From: Candidatus Bathyarchaeia archaeon
GTDB taxonomy: Archaea; Thermoproteota; Bathyarchaeia; Bathyarchaeales; Bathycorpusculaceae
NCBI GenBank assembly: GCA_037481775.1
Contig: JBBFKZ010000001.1
Span: forward strand, 1-64,000
Direction: 5' to 3'
Length of the DNA stretch: 64,000 nucleotides
Every line of letters begins with the position of its first letter. Position 1 is the stretch's first letter. The translations under genes were made by a program, and so were the position numbers. Positions 55,883 through 64,000 of this stretch are shown here, piece by piece. A model generated the notes under the pieces. That model saw only the letters and a list, made by a program, of their open reading frames with translations, was not told the DNA's origin and ran no database searches.

Positions 55883-56923
55883 CTATTTTTCATCATATAC
55901 AACCTTGATCACAACATCAGACATCTCAACTTGGCGTAATTTCTCAAAAAATATTTCAGTTTCCTGCTGAGTCATAACTGGAAAACCATAGTGCTTGCTT
56001 TTGTATCCCAAGTCGCCATGAGTCACAGTTCTTTGCCTTACAAAATCCATATGCAGTCTTAATCGCTCCCTTATCCTCTGATTTGCAAAATTAACTATAC
56101 TACGAAAGCGGTTAAAGATATGCGGCTTGAAATTAGGATCGATTTCAAAGCCTATACTATTTCTACCTGCCGCCATAGCTGCAACTATAGTGGTTCCAGT
56201 GCCCAAAAACGGATCTAAAACCGTGTCGCCCTTTATTGAGTACATGTTTATCAACCGATAAGGCAGTTCAAAGGGGAAAGCGCCACTCCTGTTTCGAATA
56301 GCCACGTCAACAGTGTTTTGCTTTGCCCCCTTCAAATCTTTCCAAACGTCGGAAAACCATTCGTTTCGTTCCTCCCAGAAGAAAGCACTTTCCCGCCGCC
56401 TCCGCTTTTCATCAGGATCGCTGAATTCACGCTGCTTGCCTTTTCTAAGAATTAAGATGAATTCGTGTTCTAAAGTAACATATGCCCCGGCAGGCAACAT
56501 ACCTGAACCCATAAACTTGTTCGGGGCGTTCGTCTGCTTTCTCCACAGAATCTCAGGCAACGGCTTGAAACCCAACTTCAAGCAATAACTCAGAATCCTA
56601 GAATGGTTCGAGTACAGTGTGAACTCACTACCAATTCTTCTGGCGGCGTCGCCTATGTTGATGCATGCGAAACCGCCGTTTTTCAACACTCGATAGACCT
56701 GCGCCCATACCCTGTCAAGTTCCCTATGCATCAGCTCAAAGGCGCCTAGGCCATCGCCTTGTTTAAGTAACTCGCCAATCACAGAATTCGGCGCAGAGAA
56801 AATGTCATCCCATATCGCAATCATCGGGTAAGGCGGAGAAGTAACCATCAAATCTACCGATTCATCAGGAACTTCGATCATTTCCTGCGAATTCTTAAAC
56901 AACACTCTATGAAACGTCTGCAC
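55883..56923 (-). CDS. Site-specific DNA methyltransferase (N4-C/N6-A, beta class), no adjacent endonuclease
   Basis: Motif IV TSPPY precedes motif I DPFLGTGTT; start uncertain (GTG 56923 or ATG 56971). Confidence 0.93.
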   Translation of the reverse strand: MQTFHRVLFKNSQEMIEVPDESVDLMVTSPPYPMIAIWDDIFSAPNSVIGELLKQGDGLGAFELMHRELDRVWAQVYRVLKNGGFACINIGDAARRIGSEFTLYSNHSRILSYCLKLGFKPLPEILWRKQTNAPNKFMGSGMLPAGAYVTLEHEFILILRKGKQREFSDPDEKRRRRESAFFWEERNEWFSDVWKDLKGAKQNTVDVAIRNRSGAFPFELPYRLINMYSIKGDTVLDPFLGTGTTIVAAMAAGRNSIGFEIDPNFKPHIFNRFRSIVNFANQRIRERLRLHMDFVRQRTVTHGDLGYKSKHYGFPVMTQQETEIFFEKLRQVEMSDVVIKVVYDEK

Positions 56924-57016
56924 CGCACATTTCCCACTAATATTCACCAATTTTGAATATAAATTCGCCATCTTGCCGCGCACTGTGCTCACTAAAACAA
57001 AAAAGGGATTTGCGCG

Positions 57017-57071
57017 CTTCATATTTGGCGCATATTAGCAATTCAATGCAGAAACCTATAGAGGGGCTATC
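57017..57071. repeat. 55-bp dispersed repeat, copy 2
   Basis: 53/55 identical to 5283-5337. Confidence 0.92.
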
Positions 57072-57222
57072 ACGGCAACAGAAAACCAACAACACCGAGA
57101 GCCCTTTTTATGTTTAAAGAAAAAGAATGCTAAACTACAGCAGAGCACCAGGCTGTGGCGAAGCATGGAATATGATCAAAGGCATGAGTGAAATATGGAG
57201 CCAACTTGTTTTTACGAGAATT

Positions 57223-57576
57223 CTAGCTGTATTCTCTGAAGGTGTAACTGCATTTTGTACAACGCAGAAACTGAGTTGACGATTCGTCAGCGCCTCTTGT
57301 CTGCACTTGCCACACATAAGCCACGTTATTTCCACATTTAGGGCATTCAACGCGGACCGTGGGCAAAGTCCGCAATTTCTGTTCTTCTTTACTGATCACG
57401 GCAACAAACTGTTGTGGATCATGCTGAATCACTTTGGCGATTTTAGGCTCAACCGTAGCGTTTGCCTCTTGCTTTTTGTAGCCACATTTGGCGCAGACAA
57501 GCATCAAGGTAGCTTCTTTACCTTTCTTGCCTTTTTTAAGTTCAAGACGAGAACCGCATTTCGGGCAGAATTCCAT
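57223..57576 (-). CDS. tfs: Transcription factor S (TFS)
   Basis: MEFCPKCG and CPKCG...QTRGADESSTQFLRCTKC. Confidence 0.96.
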   Translation of the reverse strand: MEFCPKCGSRLELKKGKKGKEATLMLVCAKCGYKKQEANATVEPKIAKVIQHDPQQFVAVISKEEQKLRTLPTVRVECPKCGNNVAYVWQVQTRGADESSTQFLRCTKCSYTFREYS

Positions 57577-57648
57577 TACTTGTTACCTCGTTATCCGTTT
57601 TGGATTCCCTCTGCTTTGTCTCTTTTAAACTTTTTCCATTTTTACGAC

Positions 57649-58266
57649 TCAGAGAGGACCTATGCAGGAGGCTATAAGGTGCGCAACACGCAGAGGCTCA
57701 GGAATATTACTTCTAGTAGAAGTTAACCGCACAATTCTCTGGGCATCCTCCTTCGAGATACCGACCGCTTGCATGTAAATTTTCGCTTTGGCGCTTCTAG
57801 TGAAAACCTCAACAGGTTCACCAGCGTTAAGAATCGCCGCCCAACGCTCTTCACTGCACGTAAGGTTTTGAAGCGCATTATGTATGTCTGCGAAATTGGG
57901 TTTTTCACGCGTCACCGTTATAACGGGCAGCTTTATCATCAAATTAAGCGCCTTAAGATCCACTATGTTGAAGCCGGCAAACGTTACGCCATTCAACATT
58001 ACCACGCGCAACTGCTTATAGTGAGGGGAAGCAGTTATCATAGAAGCGATCTTTTCAGTAGCGTCAAAACCATCTATTTCTATTTTAGTGAACATAACGC
58101 CATCAAGCCAGTAGCCTCCTCTGAAAACAGCACCTATAACTGGAACTTGCCCCTTGGCATGCGGAACAAAGGGACCATCATCTACGCCGAGAACGCGAAT
58201 TTCAGGTTTAATGACGCGAAATCGTCTCTGTTTTAAAATTTCTTCACTTGACAAGTTAGTTGCCAT
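57649..58266 (-). CDS. DUF99 family protein (endonuclease V-like fold)
   Basis: RVLGVDDG, DGFDAT, GVTFAGFNIVD and PEPLRVAHLIA; start uncertain. Confidence 0.88.
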   Translation of the reverse strand: MATNLSSEEILKQRRFRVIKPEIRVLGVDDGPFVPHAKGQVPVIGAVFRGGYWLDGVMFTKIEIDGFDATEKIASMITASPHYKQLRVVMLNGVTFAGFNIVDLKALNLMIKLPVITVTREKPNFADIHNALQNLTCSEERWAAILNAGEPVEVFTRSAKAKIYMQAVGISKEDAQRIVRLTSTRSNIPEPLRVAHLIASCIGPL

Positions 58267-58353
58267 GTATAAAGAAAGCATGCTATAAGCTTTAGTGCGC
58301 GAACATCTTGTTGCCAACGCTACTGACACAACAAAAAGACGCGGATTGAAAAT

Positions 58354-58641
58354 TTATTCCTTAAGAGCTTTGCTCAGAGCTTTACGGAAAGCTTCGTTCG
58401 CTTCGCGGGCTTTCTCTACAGCCATGACGAGCACATCTTCTGGTTTTACATTGCCCTTTGTTCTAACGTAAATCACAGGGTTTGACGCAAGAGGATGCGG
58501 TACATCATAACCAGCCAAATCCACCCGCTCATCTTCCAAAAGCTTCTTCTGCAGCAAGTTGCAGAGACCATGCCCTGCACCTTCAACTTCTATTTTAAGC
58601 TCGCTCCCCGTTTTCTTTAACACTTTAATTTTCAATTTCAT
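58354..58641 (-). CDS. rpoL: RNA polymerase subunit Rpo11 (RpoL)
   Basis: EGAGHGLCNLL...AGYDVPHPL. Confidence 0.94.
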   Translation of the reverse strand: MKLKIKVLKKTGSELKIEVEGAGHGLCNLLQKKLLEDERVDLAGYDVPHPLASNPVIYVRTKGNVKPEDVLVMAVEKAREANEAFRKALSKALKE

Positions 58642-58656
58642 GCCTCCTTTTTTCAG

Positions 58657-59238
58657 CTACACATCAGTTTTTCCGTAATCTAAAGCAATCTTGCGCTTTT
58701 CCACATTACCACACTTTTGGCACATCATCTCATGCCGCTTGGGCTCCAGAAGGCTGGAGCAACGCGAGCAAAAAGCGTAAACTACACCCAAGTTTTTATC
58801 TTTAGTGGAAAGATGATAAATTTGGTTTTTGTCACTTATGACTTTCGCCCGTATGATGTCGCCTGGTTTGCACACGTCATTCATGGATTTAACATATTTT
58901 TCCGCCACATCGGAAATATGGAGAATACCTGTAAAAACGCCTGAAAGCTTTTTTGAGCCAATCTTGAAGATTCTGACAAGAACATTATCAGACTGCGCAT
59001 TGCAAACTTGCCCAATAACAGTGGCGCTAACCTTTGGAACTGTTACTTCGTTGGATAACGGGTAGACAGAAACCCGCTTGCTTATTAAATCCATCAATGC
59101 GCGACCAACAAGCTTGGAATAAATGATGCCGTCTTTCACGTATGTTCCAGAATCTGGAATGAACTCTTCAATTACGCCCAAGCGCTCGCCAGGTAACACT
59201 AAATTGCCGCTTTTACGTTCAGATGATTTCAAACTCAT
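58657..59238 (-). CDS. csl4: Exosome RNA-binding subunit Csl4
   Basis: VLPGERLGVIEEF, S1 domain (GDIIRAKVIS), LGVVYAFCSRC...CQKCGNVEKRK. Confidence 0.95.
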   Translation of the reverse strand: MSLKSSERKSGNLVLPGERLGVIEEFIPDSGTYVKDGIIYSKLVGRALMDLISKRVSVYPLSNEVTVPKVSATVIGQVCNAQSDNVLVRIFKIGSKKLSGVFTGILHISDVAEKYVKSMNDVCKPGDIIRAKVISDKNQIYHLSTKDKNLGVVYAFCSRCSSLLEPKRHEMMCQKCGNVEKRKIALDYGKTDV

Positions 59239-59442
59239 TTAATTTCCCTTTGCCGTGAAATGATAAGCAATACTAAACCATTTTTTTGATGGGTATATCC
59301 TAAATTTCTAAGCTTATCAATAAACCTTTTGATTAAAAAAAGAAAGAGTTGCCTGGAGCATTGTAACACATTGCAGGTTAATTGTGTAGTTTTTGGGAAA
59401 AAAGAGCACAAAACCAAACTAGAATCCTTCAGCAACCTTGGT

Positions 59443-60135
59443 TCATTTTTTCCTTATTATATACAAGTCGACGATAATTTCGCTTCTTGCCTTAGTGTGG
59501 AAGTCAAACATGCGCGGAATAGACAAAAGCATCGCGTAAACCGCTTCGATTACGCCACCATGCTCCTTCACGAATTTCGCAATAAACGGCGAAGCCTCAA
59601 CCGTTAGCAAGCCAACCTTCCTGAGCCGTTTAGCAAGGGTTTCATCAGTAAATGGATGATTGTGAAGCGAGTACACGGCGCTGGCAACTTGCAAGGCTTT
59701 TTCTAAGAAAACTCTGTCAGCACCGCGTTTTTGCACGCCGAAAGGCGGATTCTGAAGAACTGTGTCAAACTTTCCATTAACTGCATTGACGTCGCTTACA
59801 ATCCAGTCCACTTTAGTTTTGAAATTCAATCTCGCCGAGTTTTCCGCTGCAAGTTTAACTGCTGACTTGTCAATGTCAACGCCCACAGCTGACTCAGCAC
59901 CCAGAAAAACACAACCCAAAGCAAGGCGGCCAGTGCCGCAACCCAAGTCTAAAACCCGTTTACCTAAGATGTCATCATAAGTGTATGCCGCCAAATGCAG
60001 CATTGTCGCCGCCACAGATTCCGATGTTGTATACTGCTCCAAACGCACGCTTGGCGAAGGATGCGGCTTAACTTGAGACAGAAACCGTTCCAAGTCTAGT
60101 TTTCGAACAAGCCTTTTTTGAGTAGGTTCTCCCAT
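59443..60135 (-). CDS. METTL5-family SAM-dependent methyltransferase
   Basis: LEQYTT, DLGCGTG, NPPFG and MFDFH; start uncertain. Confidence 0.92.
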   Translation of the reverse strand: MGEPTQKRLVRKLDLERFLSQVKPHPSPSVRLEQYTTSESVAATMLHLAAYTYDDILGKRVLDLGCGTGRLALGCVFLGAESAVGVDIDKSAVKLAAENSARLNFKTKVDWIVSDVNAVNGKFDTVLQNPPFGVQKRGADRVFLEKALQVASAVYSLHNHPFTDETLAKRLRKVGLLTVEASPFIAKFVKEHGGVIEAVYAMLLSIPRMFDFHTKARSEIIVDLYIIRKK

Positions 60136-61097
60136 GAAACTTCGCCAAAAACCACCATGAATTCATTCACATTCAACACGGGTTTCAGAAACTTTGAAGG
60201 CGCATCAAGAGAAACCCGAGGGCAAGCAGTGTTTACGTACACATCGACCTGAGGGAACTCCATTAACGCTTCAGGCAAAATTTCCCTAATTGCAAAGAGA
60301 AAAGCCTGTTTCCCATTCCTCCTTGCAATTTCCTTGATTTTTAAAGCCTCATCGAAGCGCCTTTGCCCAACTTTCAACCCAATTAGAACCCCAAAGGTTT
60401 TTGCACGTTTCGCTTCTTCAACACAAGCCCAACGCTGTTTCAAAATTTTCTGCGCTTCTGCATTTATGGAGTAAACTCTTTTTTCATATGGATCAGCAAT
60501 TAACGTGGGTTTAGACGTGCTAAGAGCTACGCCTAACGCATGGAACCGACCGCCGCCGATAAAAAGGAAAACCTCAACATCATCAGCTATCGATTTCACA
60601 TTGCTATAATCGCAACCGCTTACTTGTCCAGGATAACTCATACGACCAGCATCTCCTACTATCACTGTTTTTCCTGCTCGAACAAGAATTTCTCTTGCGC
60701 CACCAAGCGCCTGTACATGCTGCACAGTCGTTGCCAGACCTACACGTTCATATTTGCGCAGCAACGGCAGAGATTTTTCAACGACATCATCAACAGTTAC
60801 GGTTGATCTGGCTTCCACGTACATGGTGGGCACAGGCTCATGCTTCATCAGTTTTGCGTGCCCAAAATGTATTATTAGATCTGCTCCCAGCGATTCCGCT
60901 TCAGTAGTGACTAAGTCGCATGGTCCATAGCAAGGGTCAGCGGAAATTACAGGAAGCGCGCCTGTTTCTTCAATGATTTTAGCGATACGGGGAGCTTCAG
61001 ATTTCAGTCCTTCAGGCAGCTGCAACAGAACTCGTTTGGCGCCAACTTTAGCTATTTCTTGTTTAATGCGTTCTTTCTCAAAATCAAAACCACACAT
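60096..61097 (-). CDS. dph2: Diphthamide biosynthesis radical enzyme Dph2
   Basis: LQLPEGL, CYGPCD, HFGH, GQVSGC and TACPR (three Cys ligands). Confidence 0.95.
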   Translation of the reverse strand: MCGFDFEKERIKQEIAKVGAKRVLLQLPEGLKSEAPRIAKIIEETGALPVISADPCYGPCDLVTTEAESLGADLIIHFGHAKLMKHEPVPTMYVEARSTVTVDDVVEKSLPLLRKYERVGLATTVQHVQALGGAREILVRAGKTVIVGDAGRMSYPGQVSGCDYSNVKSIADDVEVFLFIGGGRFHALGVALSTSKPTLIADPYEKRVYSINAEAQKILKQRWACVEEAKRAKTFGVLIGLKVGQRRFDEALKIKEIARRNGKQAFLFAIREILPEALMEFPQVDVYVNTACPRVSLDAPSKFLKPVLNVNEFMVVFGEVSWENLLKKGLFEN

Positions 61098-61182
61098 ACT
61101 TATTCACCCACACATATTATCTACAACAAAAAGCAGTAGGAAAGAGAAGGCAGCGTTTAAGCGGTTATTGTTTCTAGCCGTG

Positions 61183-63612
61183 TTAAAGCGTCCATTCCCA
61201 GTCGCTTTTTGGCTTTTTAACTGGACGACCAGACGCTAGGGCAGCTTGCTCCGCTAAACGCTCAAGAATTATTTTCTGCTCTATGCTGGCAACAAGCTTC
61301 GCCGTGGCGACAACTGCGTCGTTATTAACGGATATGCTGTCGATGCCAACGCGAACGAGGAATTCAGTAAAGTCAGGCAAGTTTGACGGCCCCTCGCCGC
61401 ATATAGATACCGTGCAGCCATTTTCATGCGCAACGCGGATAAGATGTGCAATTATTCTCTTCACGGCTGGATCTCGCTCATCAAAGTAGCCCATCTGTCC
61501 TAAGCGTTCGGAGTCGCGGTCAATCATCAAAATGCCCTGTGTCATGTCATTTGATCCTATGGAAAAGCCGTCAACAAGCTTGGAGAATTCATCAGCCATT
61601 ATAGCTATGGATGGCGTTTCAGCCATAAACCACACTTTGAAGTCGCGTGACCGTTCGAGACCTTCCTCCTTCATAATGGCGAGTACTTTCTTGGCTTCCC
61701 ACAGGGTACGCACCATCGGAAGCATAACCCAGACATTCTTGAGACCCCACTCTTCGCGACACTTCCTAATGGCTTGACACTCAAGCCTGAAAGCTTTTTC
61801 GTACCATTTGCTTATGTAACGGCTACATCCTCGCCAGCCAAGCATTGGGTTCTCTTCGACGATCTCGTACTTGTCGCCTCCTTTAAGATCGCGGTACTCA
61901 TTGGTTTTGAAATCGCTAAATCTTACAACCACAGGTCTCGGCTGAATAACTCGGGCAACTTTTGCAACGCCTTCCGCGAGTTTGTCAACAAGTTTTTGGC
62001 TCTGGCCAGTTTCAACAAGATGAAGCGGATGTTCACCAACGTAGCTGGCGAATATGAATTCTGTCCGCATCAAGCCTATTCCTTGAAAGGGCAAATCTTT
62101 GTACTCTTCAATTTTTTCGGGAATCGCCAAGTTCATGTAAATCTTTGTCGCAGTTACAGGCGCCGACTCCATACGCACAGCCGTTGCCGCAGCAACTTGC
62201 GCTGCAGTAGGCTGCACTGCTTCAGGAATTATTCCATCGTAAACTACACCATTTCTCGAGTCCACAGTGTATTCTTTGCCCGTTACCATGAGTTTTGTGG
62301 CAGTCTCGGTGCCTACAATACAGGGGATGCTAAGTTCACGGCTTACAATTGCCGCGTGTGATGTGATGCCACCTTTGTCGGTGACTATGGCGCTTGCGAT
62401 TTTCATGAACGGCACAAAATCAGGGTTAGTCATATCTGTAACTAGAATGTCACCTTTGCGCATGATTTTTGCGGCATCTTCAGGAGATAAAGCGACCCTT
62501 GCTATTCCCGAGCCATAACCTCTGCGGCCAGCTGAAATTCCTTTCACAACAACTTTCAACGCTACACCATGCTTATCTTCAACATGCGCAGGTTCTTCCA
62601 TGGGTTTGGCACTCCAAACGGTTTCAGGTCGAGCTTGAACTACAAATATATTTTGTGGAAAGGATAAGTCTTTGTCAATTGCCCATTCGATGTCCATGGG
62701 CTTGCCGTAATGCTTCTCAATTTGTTTAGCGATTTCTGCAAGCCTTATAACTTCCTCATCGCTTATGCAAGGCGCCTTCTGCATTTTCTCCGGCACATCC
62801 AAATGAACCGTTTTACCTGTATCTGGATCGCGAATGTATTGAACCGTTTTGCGTGCAATTCTTCTTTCTTTAATTTTCAAGATATTCTTGTCAACAACAA
62901 ACTCATCAGGATTCACCGCGCCTGATACAACGGTTTCGCCTAGACCATAGTTACCCTCAATTACAATTTCATCCCTGTTTCCAGTTACAGGGTTTATTGT
63001 AAACATAACTCCAGCGGCTCTGGAGTTTACCATTTTTTGGACGCCAACACTTATGAGAACTTTTTCATGTGCAAATCCTTTTTCGTTACGATAAAAGATG
63101 GCGCGGGGAGTGAAAAGACTGGACCAGCACTTAACGATTTTTTCGACTAACTCATCAACGCCTCTAACATTTAGATAGGTTTCCTGTTGCCCAGCGAAAG
63201 AAGCATCTGGTAAGTCTTCAGCCGTAGCGCTTGACCTAACTGCGACAAAAACATCATGCAACTTTAGTCTGTTGTTGAGCTCTTTGTAGGCAGATTTTAT
63301 GGCGTTTTCGATTTCTTTAGGCATCTGAGAGGTTTCAATAAGGGCGCGAATTTTCTCTGATGCCACGCTGTATTGTTGAGGATCATTTGGGTCAGTTACT
63401 GTTTCTTTAATTATCTTGTAAATCATCTCGGCAATCCGCGTTTGCTTAAGAAATACCTCGTAAGCGTAAGCTGTTACCGCAAAACCAGGCGGAACTGGTA
63501 GCCCAGCATGAATCATTTCTCCGAGACTAGCGTTCTTACCGCCCACAAGAGGCACATCGGTGTTTCTAAGATTTTCAAACCAAATAATGAAGGCTTTTTT
63601 CGTTTCGCTCAA
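61183..63612 (-). CDS. ppsA: Phosphoenolpyruvate synthase
   Basis: VGGKNASLGEM, VRSSATAED, SFAGQQET, TSHAAIVSRE, ENPMLGWRG and FSIGSND. Confidence 0.97.
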   Translation of the reverse strand: MSETKKAFIIWFENLRNTDVPLVGGKNASLGEMIHAGLPVPPGFAVTAYAYEVFLKQTRIAEMIYKIIKETVTDPNDPQQYSVASEKIRALIETSQMPKEIENAIKSAYKELNNRLKLHDVFVAVRSSATAEDLPDASFAGQQETYLNVRGVDELVEKIVKCWSSLFTPRAIFYRNEKGFAHEKVLISVGVQKMVNSRAAGVMFTINPVTGNRDEIVIEGNYGLGETVVSGAVNPDEFVVDKNILKIKERRIARKTVQYIRDPDTGKTVHLDVPEKMQKAPCISDEEVIRLAEIAKQIEKHYGKPMDIEWAIDKDLSFPQNIFVVQARPETVWSAKPMEEPAHVEDKHGVALKVVVKGISAGRRGYGSGIARVALSPEDAAKIMRKGDILVTDMTNPDFVPFMKIASAIVTDKGGITSHAAIVSRELSIPCIVGTETATKLMVTGKEYTVDSRNGVVYDGIIPEAVQPTAAQVAAATAVRMESAPVTATKIYMNLAIPEKIEEYKDLPFQGIGLMRTEFIFASYVGEHPLHLVETGQSQKLVDKLAEGVAKVARVIQPRPVVVRFSDFKTNEYRDLKGGDKYEIVEENPMLGWRGCSRYISKWYEKAFRLECQAIRKCREEWGLKNVWVMLPMVRTLWEAKKVLAIMKEEGLERSRDFKVWFMAETPSIAIMADEFSKLVDGFSIGSNDMTQGILMIDRDSERLGQMGYFDERDPAVKRIIAHLIRVAHENGCTVSICGEGPSNLPDFTEFLVRVGIDSISVNNDAVVATAKLVASIEQKIILERLAEQAALASGRPVKKPKSDWEWTL

Positions 63613-64000
63613 GCCGTCCCCGTCTCCGTTTTCACCGCATCAGCGGTGCTTGAAGACGCTAATTTCTCGACTTCGATTCGGCATGGAATAGGCAATTTTG
63701 CGCTGCCACGTTTTAAGGACTCTTTAGCCGTTTCCAACGCGTTAGCCTTCACTCTAACTGTTATGATCTTCTGACCAGGTTCTACACGCGCAGCGGTGCC
63801 TATTGCTTTTCCAAAAGATTTCCGCATACCTTGCTGGAGACGATCAGCATGAGCGCCGAAAATCATTTTATTCTCTCTCAAAATAACATGAGGATACGGG
63901 TGAACCAGCATTAGATAATCATTGACCAGCTTCTCCATGAGAAGACGATTTGTTGCCACACGTGCCGCTTCCAAGGCGCTATGGCGAATTTGAGCTCGTT
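63609..64000 (-). CDS. rpl10e: 50S ribosomal protein uL16 (L10e), 5' end outside the window
   Basis: QIRHSALEAARV, YPHVILRENKM, GAHADRLQQGMRKSFGK. Confidence 0.96.
   Translation of the reverse strand, partial: RAQIRHSALEAARVATNRLLMEKLVNDYLMLVHPYPHVILRENKMIFGAHADRLQQGMRKSFGKAIGTAARVEPGQKIITVRVKANALETAKESLKRGSAKLPIPCRIEVEKLASSSTADAVKTETGTA

Noticed and set aside
1-64000. CRISPR array, cas genes, rRNA, intact transposase or integrase
   Set aside because: No regularly spaced repeats or recognisable motifs seen on either strand

Overview
This is an archaeal chromosomal segment, most consistent with Bathyarchaeia (inferred from SMC, eL38, short PurA, exosome/RpoL/TFS genes, CCA-encoding intron-less tRNAs and TATA/BRE promoters). 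Left to right: truncated smc, then a decayed ~2 kb island at the 3' end of tRNA-Glu (degenerate att copy, pseudogene, zinc microprotein, candidate structured RNA). Next is a nickel locus (nikMN, larB/larC/larE, nikR, nadA) adjoining two back-to-back soluble [NiFe]-hydrogenase operons: hoxEFUYH-type group 3d, and group 3b with fused beta-gamma subunits. Then a Pat-like acyl-CoA ligase/GNAT, purA, htrA, an HTH-10 regulator with hcp, a frameshifted citrate synthase, kamA-like, LLM oxidoreductase and amt with two regulators. A DUF4956-LTD-VTC-Cthe_2159-like operon lies next to tRNA-Pro, followed by ilvC and eL38. Then a wHTH/membrane-protein/HtrA/MacB-ABC module whose promoters share phased direct repeats, an AOR cluster, an orphan DNA methyltransferase and the rpl10e-ppsA-dph2-METTL5-csl4-rpoL-DUF99-tfs block. 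The best candidates for undescribed systems are the VTC polyphosphate/cell-surface operon, the putative envelope-stress regulon, the structured RNA beside tRNA-Glu and a dispersed 55-bp repeat. All family assignments come from motif recognition by eye; no searches were run.
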